The notes beneath the pieces are model-generated. The model saw nothing but the letters and a program-made list of their open reading frames with translations. It searched no databases and was not told the DNA's origin. A stretch of 64,000 nt of DNA. Origin: Waterburya sp. (GTDB lineage Bacteria > Cyanobacteriota > Cyanobacteriia > Cyanobacteriales > Xenococcaceae). Both the position numbers and the translations under genes were made by a program. Location: NCBI GenBank assembly GCA_965217895.1, contig CBDCJV010000002.1:160001-224000 (forward strand), in the 5' to 3' direction. Positions 22,119-31,585 of this stretch are shown piece by piece (positions within the stretch are counted from its first letter, which is position 1; each line of letters opens with the position of its first letter).

Positions 22119-23516
22119 CTACTTGGAACTCAAAACCAGCTTGACTTTTGTATCGTCTGATATGGGCGAAATTTCTTGATAAGTCAAATTAAGAAACAAA
22201 TTAGGCTTAAGAGCAATAGAACTACTGGCGATTATACCTTTACCATGAGAACCTTGACCATAGCCAAGCTCAAACGTCCATAGACGCTTATTTTGGCTAA
22301 CTATTTTGCCCGAGTGTAGACTACCTCCCAAAATAGTAAACTGTTCCTGATTTTGGTTGACTAAGTGAGCCTCGTATTTAAAAAATGTAGAACATTGAAA
22401 ACCATAGACATCAGAGTCAAGTAGCCTGAGATTAAGTTCGGCTATACTTTTTTGTTGATTATTGCCATAGGCAATTTTTAAACGACCTATTTGCGAACTT
22501 AAATTCCAATGCAAGTTGTTTTTATTATCTACCACTGCATTAGCAGAAAGAGAAAGAAAATCATTATGTACTGCTACTTTAAGACCTGTGCTAAAGGATC
22601 TATCTTTACTGTTGCTTTTCGCCATCAAAGTTAAACCAGGAACAACACCCCAGTTTGCATCAAACCTATGCTTTTTCTCGTCGCTATAGTAGTTTAAGAC
22701 TAAATTTTTACCAGGCTGTAGACGAACATGGGAATGTAAATCGATACCAGATTCTTTTGCCAATAATGAAACGGTGGTTTTTACAGGCAAAAGATTGCTT
22801 TCGTAGGTTAGCTGAGTAAAACCGACTAACAAATCTTCGTAAACAAATCCTACTCCCACAGTTACCTGATCTGCTATGCCGTGGTGATAGGTTACTCCTC
22901 CCCGAAATTTGCCAAATTCGCGGGAAATATCGGCTTTTTTGGCAAAATTTTGATTTCCGCCTCCAGATACTGTTAAAGCTGAACTCCCTGAAGGCAATTT
23001 TGGTGCAGCATCTAAATAATTGAGTTTAGCAATGTTTAATTTTTGGTTTGGATTTCCCCCCCATTGTTCAATTGTAGTCAAACCCCAATATTTATGATTA
23101 TTACCACCAGACCAAAAAGTATTCTGAAAACCTAAAGCTAGATTAGCCTGGTCTTCTTTATAGGTATAAGAAAGCTTGTCTAAGGATATGTCTTGATTAT
23201 TTTGCAGATCGATCTTAGAACTGAAGTTAGAGATGATCTTTGAGCGTTGGTCATCAGACAAACTGATTTTTAGATTTTGATCGACAGCAAAACCAATATT
23301 ATCCCCTTTATTAACGGTTAAAATACGATCAACAAAGTTAATAAGCCGAGGTACAACAGGCAATTGATCGTATGATAAAAGTTTTGCTGAGATAATTGCA
23401 GGTGTCGGTTTTTGAGGTCGGTTCTCAGCAGCTTTTGGGTTGGCAAGGACTATACTAGGACAACCAAGGCAACCGAAAATGCTACCAAAAAGTAGGTTTG
23501 CTACAATGGCTTTCAT
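22119..23516 (-). CDS. Hypothetical secreted / beta-rich outer-membrane protein
   Basis: 465-aa ORF with signal-like N-terminus and alternating beta-strand pattern. Confidence 0.6.
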   Translation of the reverse strand: MKAIVANLLFGSIFGCLGCPSIVLANPKAAENRPQKPTPAIISAKLLSYDQLPVVPRLINFVDRILTVNKGDNIGFAVDQNLKISLSDDQRSKIISNFSSKIDLQNNQDISLDKLSYTYKEDQANLALGFQNTFWSGGNNHKYWGLTTIEQWGGNPNQKLNIAKLNYLDAAPKLPSGSSALTVSGGGNQNFAKKADISREFGKFRGGVTYHHGIADQVTVGVGFVYEDLLVGFTQLTYESNLLPVKTTVSLLAKESGIDLHSHVRLQPGKNLVLNYYSDEKKHRFDANWGVVPGLTLMAKSNSKDRSFSTGLKVAVHNDFLSLSANAVVDNKNNLHWNLSSQIGRLKIAYGNNQQKSIAELNLRLLDSDVYGFQCSTFFKYEAHLVNQNQEQFTILGGSLHSGKIVSQNKRLWTFELGYGQGSHGKGIIASSSIALKPNLFLNLTYQEISPISDDTKVKLVLSSK

Positions 23517-23881
23517 TCATCTATAGGGGGTAAAGGAAAAAAGCTGCTTGGCTAAAAAAACTAGTATTTAAACTAAGAATGTTGATAATACGTATTACTC
23601 GATCGGCGTAAATACTGAAATCAAATATTCGAGTTTTAAGATTGGCTTTTAGCTGGTTAACTATTAAGAAACATTAAAGTTATTAATGTCTTATCGAGTT
23701 TTTTACTTTCTTCACCATTCTATTGTGAGTCTTTTGCTATTGCCAATGGTGAAGATCACGTAAAGATTGCTGGTAAATATGATAAAGATAAGATGAACTA
23801 TAGATTGAGCCATTTAATCTAACCAGAAACGCCAGCAAAGTTTATCTGGGTATGTAAATTAACCTTAATTAAATTAAATAA

Positions 23882-24667
23882 ATGAAAAGATTTGCGATTG
23901 TTTTGTTATTAAGCGCAGGAATTATTAGTAGTGTTGCCAATGTAGCCCAAGCTGAAAGCGCAGCTAGCGCACCAGAAGAATTGACTAAGGCGATCGCTGA
24001 AATTGAGAAGGCTGCCAACGACCAAGATCTTGATGGCGTAATGGAGTATTACAGTAATAATTTTACTAATACAGATGGTTTAACTACGGATTCTTTAGCC
24101 AAAGGTCTAAAGCAGATGTGGCAAAGTTATCCTCAACTAGAATACACAACTAAGATTGATTCCTGGTCAAAACAAGGCAATCAATTAGTAGCAGAAACTA
24201 CCACTACTATTGCGGGAATGCAGGAAACTCAGAGCAGAGCAATGCGTTTGAACTCCACAATTAAATCTCGTCAGTATTTTCAAAACCAAAAATTAGTTCG
24301 GCAAGAAATTTTAGCAGAACAGTCTCGACTAACCTCTGGAAGCAACCCTCCTCAAGTTCAAGTTTCCGCTCCTGAAAATGTTATGACTGGCGAAAAATAT
24401 AACTTCGATCTGATTGTCAATCAACCTTTAAATGAGACGGTGTTGTTAGGAGCAGTTCAAGAAGAGAAAACCGCCAGTAATCTATATTTTAACCCCACGG
24501 CTTTAGAATTAGAACCATTACCAGCGGGAGGAATATATAAAACTGCCACTGCACCTTTGCTACCAGAAAGTGACTGGCTTTCAGCTATTCTAGTTCGTGG
24601 CGATGGAATTACAATGCTAACTCACCGAGTTAATGTTTTAGAAAAGCAAGCTAACCAAAAAAAATAA
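23882..24667 (+). CDS. NTF2-like (SnoaL fold) secreted protein
   Basis: Signal peptide; AANxxDLxxVMxYYSxNFxNxDG. Confidence 0.7.
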   Translation: MKRFAIVLLLSAGIISSVANVAQAESAASAPEELTKAIAEIEKAANDQDLDGVMEYYSNNFTNTDGLTTDSLAKGLKQMWQSYPQLEYTTKIDSWSKQGNQLVAETTTTIAGMQETQSRAMRLNSTIKSRQYFQNQKLVRQEILAEQSRLTSGSNPPQVQVSAPENVMTGEKYNFDLIVNQPLNETVLLGAVQEEKTASNLYFNPTALELEPLPAGGIYKTATAPLLPESDWLSAILVRGDGITMLTHRVNVLEKQANQKK

Positions 24668-24694
24668 AGCTTATTTTGCCAAACTTTTAAAAGG

Positions 24695-24881
24695 CTGTTT
24701 GTAAAAAGAAAATTAAATTCTCCTGCTGTCGGGTAGGGTCGTATTTGGAGTGATGAGAGTGATAGGAGTGATTGGGGTGTTTGAAGTAGTGAAGTTTCCA
24801 CTCTGTTTTCTCTAACTCCACTACTTCCCTACCTCTCCATCTTCAACACTTCTCCATCCTTAACATTTACTTTACAAACAG
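24695..24881. repeat. MITE-like element with internal degenerate short repeats
   Basis: Ends CTGTTTGTAAA...TTTACAAACAG; internal GGAGTGAT-type repeats opposite CT-rich repeats. Confidence 0.5.
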
Positions 24882-25039
24882 TTTCTTACTTCAGTGACAA
24901 TGTATTTAACAAAAGAAAAACAAATTAGCAAGCTTACTCAAGATAGAAAACAAGTTTGGCACTGTCTACCTAGCCTCTTTCTGGGCTTTGATTTAAATTA
25001 AAAAAAGGTGCAATTATCAGGAAAAACAATTTAATTATC

Positions 25040-25478
25040 GGCGTTGCTGAACGTGTAATGCTAAAACAAAATTTTACTTATCTATTCATCAACATGGCGA
25101 TTAGAGATGCTCTCTGACCGAGAGCCTCTCTCGCCATCAAGACAGATTGCTCAAAAGCTAATAGTAAGGGCGACCCCCGCGCATGGTTCAACAGTTTGAC
25201 GGGCGGCGGTATAAACGTCGCAGCAAAGCTACGACGACACGCCCTCCTTATGCCAGGAAACCCTTTCGACACTTTGCTCAACGGAGGATACCTCCGCAAC
25301 GCAAGTGTCTCACCACCGCAACTGCTTCACCGCAACGCAACTGTCTCACCGCGTCGTCCGAAGGCGCAAACAAAGGCTTTAGCCGCATGTACGCGCCCGC
25401 ACCCGAAGGGCTAACGGCTAAGAGCTAAGAGCTACGAACAAAATTATTATGTATGTCATTACTTAAATCAGCAACGCC
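25040..25478. mobile_element. MITE (TIR GGCGTTGCTGA) carrying nested GC-rich inserts
   Basis: GGCGTTGCTGA...TCAGCAACGCC with exact 8-bp TSD TAATTATC; GCTAAGA heptamer repeats. Confidence 0.85.
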
Positions 25479-25549
25479 TAATTATCTAGTAATATATTTA
25501 AGTATGCATTAATATCCCTGGTGTTGTTCTGAAGAGTAAAACCTATGAC

Positions 25550-26125
25550 ATGAATCAGAAGCATCACCTCCATAATTCGCGAGCGTCCCGTGTTTTGACT
25601 CCGCCAGAATATCCACCCAAATACATTAAGTCCCGTAGATCTAGAAAATTTTTGTGGCTAAGAAAGCCCCTGCGTTTTACCTACCTTAAACTATGGAGAT
25701 TGCGCGGTAGACCTAAGTTTGTTGCTAAGGGATTAGCAGTAGGAGTCTTCGCTGGCTGTTTTCCTTTTTTGGGAATGCAGAGTTTGATTGGCATTTTTTT
25801 GGCTACTATTTTTAAAGGCAGCAAAGTCGCAGCCGTCGCAGCAACTTGGATTAGCAATCCTCTAACTTACGTACCAATTTTTGTTTTTAACTATAAAATT
25901 GGCAAGCTGTTATTAAGAACCGAAGATACTGTCTCTTTACCGTTAGATATTAAATCTTTTACTGCTTTTAAAGAACAAGGTGCAACTTTTGCCATTACAT
26001 TGCTGACGGGAAGTTTTGTAGTGGGTATGATTTTGGCGGTTATCACTTATTTTTATGGTTTGGCTATTTTAGAGCGATGGCAAAATAATCGTCGCTTAAA
26101 TAAAAAAAAATCGAGAAGACTCTAA
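25550..26125 (+). CDS. DUF2062 membrane protein
   Basis: AKGLAVGVFAG, TWISNPLTYVP. Confidence 0.85.
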   Translation: MNQKHHLHNSRASRVLTPPEYPPKYIKSRRSRKFLWLRKPLRFTYLKLWRLRGRPKFVAKGLAVGVFAGCFPFLGMQSLIGIFLATIFKGSKVAAVAATWISNPLTYVPIFVFNYKIGKLLLRTEDTVSLPLDIKSFTAFKEQGATFAITLLTGSFVVGMILAVITYFYGLAILERWQNNRRLNKKKSRRL

Positions 26126-27753
26126 TTTGATGATGACCTACTCCATTTTTGTCCTTGAATAACTGTATGTCCTGACCATTCTGGCAGGGTATGAGGATAA
26201 TCGAGACGATAGTGTCCCCCTCTACTTTCAGTCCGAAAAGCAGCACTTTTGAGGATTAGATAGCCAGTATCAACTAGATTTAGCGTCTCGGCATATAATT
26301 TTAGCTGTGACTCGGCTGTACTGGAGTTTAGCTCGATTTGTTGTTGAGGAGATAAATTAAGAATATACTTATTTAAAGAAAGATTGGCTAACTGCGATCG
26401 CCAGTCTGTCACAGTGGCGATCGCTGTCTCCATGGTTTTCTCTGTACGGCAGATTCCCGCACTCTGCCAAACTAGATCTGGTAATTGATTTCTAATTAAG
26501 TTGACTAGCTCCATTTCTGTATCCCAGCTAAGGTCAATTTCTAGAGTTTGCGGGGGCTTAACTTGAGGCAAACTATTGGGCTGTAGCTGGGCAAGTTGAG
26601 AAGCATAAACAACACATTCTAGTAAAGAATTACTGGCTAAACGATTTGCACCATGAACTCCCGTACTTGCTGTTTCCCCTACAGCATATAAACCAGAGAT
26701 TGAAGTCTGATTCATCGTGTCTACCGCAATTCCCCCCATCCAATAGTGTGCTGCGGGAGTAACAGGAATAGGCTTAGTAAATAAATCTACGTCCCAATGT
26801 TGACATACACGAATAATATTGGGGAATCGATAGCGAATGCGATCTTCGGGTATAGGTCGAAGATCGAGATAAACATTGCTGGCTGACGTTGTTTGGAGAT
26901 GGGTAAAAATGGCTCGGCTGACTACATCTCTGGGGGCTAATTCTCCGTCTGGATGATAGTCAAAGGCAAAACGTCGTCCGTCTTCGTCTACTAAATGCGC
27001 TCCTTCGCCTCTTACAGCTTCACTGATTAGAAAGCGTGGTGCGCCAGGTACAGTTAAGGCTGTGGGGTGAAACTGCACAAATTCTGTGTCTCTAATGACT
27101 GCACCACTACGCCAAGCGAGCGCCACACCGTCTCCAGTACTAACTTCGGGGTTGGTAGTCTGAGAAAATACTTGACCTCCTCCTCCTGTTGCTAGAATCA
27201 CCGCAGGGGAATGAATCCAGGTTATTTTGTTTTCTTTTAAGACGCTAATGCCCTGACAGGTATCCGTTTGTGGATTTAACCATAATTGCAGGGCAAAAGC
27301 TTGAGACATTACCTCAATATTGCCTCGCTGTAATACTTGTTGGGCAAGAGTAGCTACAATGGCTCTGCCTGTAGTGTCGGCGGCATGAAGTACGCGGGGG
27401 CGAGAATGGGCAGCTTCTAAAGTCATGGCAAGCTGACTTTGATGACGATCAAACGCCACCCCCATTTCTACTAAAGATGCAATTGCCTCTGCTGCATTCT
27501 CAACCAAAAATTGAACGGAGTTGCGATCGCATAATCCTGCTCCCGCTTTTAAAGTATCCTCTAGATGCAGCACAGGAGAATCATTTTGGCTGATGGCTGC
27601 GGCAATTCCTCCTTGCGCCCAGTCGCTTGCCCCCGTATTTAGCTGATCTTTGGTAACTAGAGCAACTTTTAAGCTCTGGGGTAAACATAAAGCCCCGTAT
27701 AGCCCAGCAGCCCCCGAACCCACCACTACTACATCGAACTTAGAATAATTCAA
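26122..27753 (-). CDS. nadB: L-aspartate oxidase
   Basis: GSGAAGL, WAQGGIAA, QFHPT, SEAVRGEG, HGANRLASNSL, ESRGGHYR. Confidence 0.95.
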   Translation of the reverse strand: MNYSKFDVVVVGSGAAGLYGALCLPQSLKVALVTKDQLNTGASDWAQGGIAAAISQNDSPVLHLEDTLKAGAGLCDRNSVQFLVENAAEAIASLVEMGVAFDRHQSQLAMTLEAAHSRPRVLHAADTTGRAIVATLAQQVLQRGNIEVMSQAFALQLWLNPQTDTCQGISVLKENKITWIHSPAVILATGGGGQVFSQTTNPEVSTGDGVALAWRSGAVIRDTEFVQFHPTALTVPGAPRFLISEAVRGEGAHLVDEDGRRFAFDYHPDGELAPRDVVSRAIFTHLQTTSASNVYLDLRPIPEDRIRYRFPNIIRVCQHWDVDLFTKPIPVTPAAHYWMGGIAVDTMNQTSISGLYAVGETASTGVHGANRLASNSLLECVVYASQLAQLQPNSLPQVKPPQTLEIDLSWDTEMELVNLIRNQLPDLVWQSAGICRTEKTMETAIATVTDWRSQLANLSLNKYILNLSPQQQIELNSSTAESQLKLYAETLNLVDTGYLILKSAAFRTESRGGHYRLDYPHTLPEWSGHTVIQGQKWSRSSSN

Positions 27754-27805
27754 TTTTAATTATTTAGACACGTCTTAATTGGGATTTATGATGACATATA
27801 GTGAT

Positions 27806-27837
27806 AAAAAAACCACGTTTTTAGATTGAACGTGGTT
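27806..27837 (-). terminator. Probable intrinsic terminator downstream of psbU
   Basis: AACCACGTT/AACGTGGTT stem followed by T run on the minus strand. Confidence 0.55.
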
Positions 27838-27914
27838 AAAAAGTAACAGATTGCCCGATCTTTTCTGATTAGAAAAAATCTGCAACCGTTGATAGGTATG
27901 GTAATTATCGTTGT

Positions 27915-28328
27915 TTAATATAGACCAGGATTAATGCGATCGCCTCCTGCATTCATAGAAGCTTCTACGTCTGTAACAAAAAACTCGTCTATGTTTGCCT
28001 GTAAACGTTCAATTTGACTATCGCTTAAGCCAGGTATATCTAGCACGTCGTCAACTTTTTCGTAGGGTGCATTTTGAATTATTTTGCTGGCAAGATTAGG
28101 ATAAAATCCGCGTAATTTACGGAATTCTCTAACATCACTATTATTTAAATCAAGTTTTCCTCTAATTAACTCTTGGCGTTTGGCATCAGATGTATTGACG
28201 CGAGCTAATAGATTAGAGGAATGTACCGTAAATACTCCCATATCGCTTGCCTGCGCCACACCTGCAAAGCCCCACGAACCTACAATTAATAACAAGGCAG
28301 CCATAATGCCGATCAATCTCTTCATCAA
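27915..28328 (-). CDS. psbU: Photosystem II 12 kDa extrinsic protein
   Basis: KLDLNNSDVREF, GFYPNLASKII, APYEKVDDVL, DRINPGLY. Confidence 0.95.
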   Translation of the reverse strand: MMKRLIGIMAALLLIVGSWGFAGVAQASDMGVFTVHSSNLLARVNTSDAKRQELIRGKLDLNNSDVREFRKLRGFYPNLASKIIQNAPYEKVDDVLDIPGLSDSQIERLQANIDEFFVTDVEASMNAGGDRINPGLY

Positions 28329-28715
28329 TTTTAATTCCTCCTAATTTAAAGATGTTTTATTTACAGAAGAAGATAAGTTGCTTTTCTATAAATATTAATT
28401 TTTGTTTTCTATTTCTTCTCTAGTAAGGTTCTTATGCTTGTTGGCAAATTGAACTTTTAACAGATGGTATTGATATATATCATAATTCTTTCACTACATT
28501 TTTCAAATACTAAGTTTCATTTAAAGCTGTTCCCCTCGACAAAATGGGTCGATCATAGACATAATTAAACAGTTTGTCTGTTTGGTTTATTTAATTGAAT
28601 TTCTATTGTCTCTAGTTTTAGGTTGTGACCAGATCTTAATCATTATTGGTAAATTGATTGACAGTTACAACAAAACCCGATCGGCAGTATCACGGATACA
28701 TAATTTATAATTGTA

Positions 28716-29309
28716 ATGAGTAGCTATTATCGAAAGTCGGCAAGCAAAAAACCTATTTTGAAAGAATTTAAGATTTTAATCATTTCAGTCACTATATTTT
28801 GGGCGATTGAAATTCTTGATTTTTTTGTATTCAAAGGCAGTTTAGATAGTTATGGAATCCAGCCTCACAAAATCATTGGTTTACGAGGAATATTATTTGC
28901 TCCTTTTCTCCATGGAGGCTTTGGACATCTAATGGCTAATACTATCCCGTTTATTGTCTTGGGATGGTTAACTATGCTCCAAGAAATTAAAGATTTTTTT
29001 ATTGTTTCTTTTTTTAGTGCTTTGGTTGGCGGTATGGGTGTATGGGTATTTGGCGCACCTGGTTCAGTTCATATTGGTGCCAGCATTTTGATTTATGGAT
29101 ACCTGGGGTTTTTACTATTACGGGGTTACTTCCAGAGAAATTTTCCTTCTATCGCCCTTTCTATATTTGTCGCCGTAGCTTATGGTGGAATGATTTGGGG
29201 AGTATTTCCTGCTGATATGAGAGTTTCCTGGCAAGGGCATTTATTTGGCTTTATTGGCGGTGCGATCGCTGCCAAAATAATTGCTCAAGAAAAAAGATTT
29301 AATAAATAA
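28716..29309 (+). CDS. Rhomboid intramembrane serine protease
   Basis: PFLHGGFGHLMAN, GAS, SWQGHLFG. Confidence 0.9.
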   Translation: MSSYYRKSASKKPILKEFKILIISVTIFWAIEILDFFVFKGSLDSYGIQPHKIIGLRGILFAPFLHGGFGHLMANTIPFIVLGWLTMLQEIKDFFIVSFFSALVGGMGVWVFGAPGSVHIGASILIYGYLGFLLLRGYFQRNFPSIALSIFVAVAYGGMIWGVFPADMRVSWQGHLFGFIGGAIAAKIIAQEKRFNK

Positions 29310-29702
29310 TCTAAATGTTATTGTTCTTGACTTCAAATTTTAAGGTTGAATTTGGTATTGTCCAACTATTTATATGTACTTAAGATGTAGACGCAACAAA
29401 GATTTTATGAAGTTTGTTAGATTACAAAATGCTCATGAAATAATTGAATTGGTAGTGACAGACTAATCTCGTCATTATCATCAACTCGGTAATATAGTTG
29501 AAGAAGCACATCCTAATCAGATTGCTTCTTTTTCTTGTCTGATATTTAGATTGAGGCTTTGTTTGGCTATCTCTTCAGATAAATTAGTCTAAACTGGCGA
29601 TCGCTATATTTAAGAGAAACTGCCTATTCAGCCTCATGGCGATCGCTAATGAAGATAGTCTAAGCGATGAATATTACAGACTTCTTTTTCTTGCGCTTAC
29701 CA

Positions 29703-29998
29703 GCTCCTTCGGAGCTAAAGTAGCAAGTAACAGACGCGCTTCGCGTCTCGCCGTTCCTTTGGAACGTCGGCGAACTCCAGTTCGCGCAAGTAGCAATTAA
29801 GTAATAAGCTCCGAAGTTGGTATAAAGCCTCGCATCGCAGCGCATTTCCAAACGGCTTACAAAGCCGTGGGGTCGCTGCTCCTTTAAAGACGAAAAGAAA
29901 CAAATCACAACTCAATATTGGAATCCTTTTTCTGAAGAAAAAGGTAAAACTTGCTACTTGCTACTTGAGCGCAAAGCGCGATACTTGCTACTTGTGAA
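29703..29998 (+). repeat. Dispersed element with TGCTACT heptamers and structured inserts
   Basis: Starts CTCCTTCGGAGCTAAAGTAGCAAGTA, ends TGCTACTTGTGAA; homologous to 32251-32610 on the minus strand. Confidence 0.7.
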
Positions 29999-30151
29999 TT
30001 TTTGTATTCTCGGTCACAACTAATTTTTATATTGTCATCTATCTTAAGATATAAATAAATAGGTATTTTCCAGTGTGCATACTAAAAAAATATATCTTAT
30101 AGTAGATTTAAAAATTTATTAGTTATATAAATACTTATTAGTTATCAAATT

Positions 30152-30433
30152 ATGGAAAAAAAGCTTAAGGAACTCATTGGTCAATCGGATATTTGGCTTT
30201 TTATTAAAAGTAGTAATGGCTGGGTCAAGAACGTAGAGATTCTCGATGTAGAATCAGATACATTATCTTTCCGATATCAGCACGAATCTTCGGCAGAGGT
30301 AAAAGTTTGGGAAAAAACAACTAGATTAGATAATATTTTAGAAATTGATATTCGTGTCACGGCTGTTCCCAGATGTGAGCTAAAACTAAACGATATGCGC
30401 CATAAACTTAGTCGGCTATTAGAACAAGAATAA
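30152..30433 (+). CDS. Small conserved-looking cyanobacterial protein (DUF6679-like)
   Basis: 93-aa ORF; family resemblance from memory only. Confidence 0.55.
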   Translation: MEKKLKELIGQSDIWLFIKSSNGWVKNVEILDVESDTLSFRYQHESSAEVKVWEKTTRLDNILEIDIRVTAVPRCELKLNDMRHKLSRLLEQE

Positions 30434-30513
30434 ATGCAGTTGTCATAACTCAAATTAAGAATGGTACGCGCATTGAATTCATGCTCTAAATATAAATGGT
30501 AGATATTTTATAC

Positions 30514-30645
30514 TATAGTCATTCCAATTAATTTCCTCATGATTGACTGGTTTTAAGTCAGAGGTCAGAGGTCAGAGGTCAGGAGAGTTTGAGACACTTA
30601 TCACAGTTTTCCTTTTTCGTATGGTTTCTATTTGAAATGACTATA
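30514..30645. repeat. MITE with GTCAGAG heptamer repeats
   Basis: Imperfect TIR TATAGTCATTCCAA / TTGAAATGACTATA. Confidence 0.6.
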
Positions 30646-30833
30646 AATGCCAGAGCTATTTCATTCTCGATGGTAATGTAATGATGCTAGTTTGAAATAT
30701 ACTTCTTAAGAAATAGAGATTGTCAATATTTGCTGACTACACTGACAAAAAATATATACTCAGCAAGAGGTTAAGAAGTCTCAGTTTTGCCAAGATGTTT
30801 AAGAAAACAAAAAACAAAGCTTTACAATAACTT

Positions 30834-31289
30834 ATGTCTGCCAATGGATTAGCGGTATTTGACCGCACCACAGAAAAAACACATCAATTTATCAATGATG
30901 TCGCTCAACAAATTAATATAGAAGACAAACACCTTGTATTTATCGGTATTAAAGCAGTTTTACATGGTTTACGCGATCGCATTCCCCTTGAAGAAGCTGC
31001 TCAACTAGGCGCACAGTTTCCTGTACTATTAGCAGGTTTCTATTACCAGGGTTGGAAACCAGCAGCTACACCTACCAAAGAAAGATCTGTAGATGCTTTT
31101 GTAGATAAAGTCAGAGGTAATTTACCCCAGGGAGACTATCCCGTGGAAATAAAAGCTTTAATTCAAGGGGTTTTTGCCGTGCTGTCTGAGTGGGTAACTC
31201 AAGGAGAAATCCAAGACGTAGCTAATATGTTGCCTAAAGACGTGCAAGAATTTTGGCCACAAGCTATTGTTGCTCAATTGAATCAATAA
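30834..31289 (+). CDS. DUF2267 protein
   Basis: FDRTTEKTHQF, VLHGLRDR, LGAQFP, YYQGW, V(T)QGEI. Confidence 0.8.
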   Translation: MSANGLAVFDRTTEKTHQFINDVAQQINIEDKHLVFIGIKAVLHGLRDRIPLEEAAQLGAQFPVLLAGFYYQGWKPAATPTKERSVDAFVDKVRGNLPQGDYPVEIKALIQGVFAVLSEWVTQGEIQDVANMLPKDVQEFWPQAIVAQLNQ

Positions 31290-31585
31290 AAACAACAGAT
31301 ATGACTGTACGTAAATGCGTTTGAGAAAACGCCCGTACAAGAGTTGGAAGTTTATTTTAGCTGTGTTTAAATATTGTTGATGCGATCGCTTTTATAAATA
31401 CATTTAGCGATCGCTTTTTACAAGCGCAATAATTTGAGCATAATTTTGTTATGTTTAAAAATTATAGAATTAAACGTTTTATAAGTACTTAAACGATAAA
31501 TGTTGATTATGTTCTTAGTAAATCAGAAATTTCAGTTAATTAAGCAACTGATGCCGATATAGATAGGTAAGTACGTAACACTAGT

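Noticed and set aside
25078..25428. Three overlapping ORFs of 72-81 aa
   Set aside because: They lie within a GC-rich MITE and insert stack; no protein motifs
29731..29787. Triple-hairpin unit as tRNA
   Set aside because: No acceptor stem, T-loop consensus or CCA; too short
29660..29915. Two short minus-strand ORFs
   Set aside because: Translations of a repeat element
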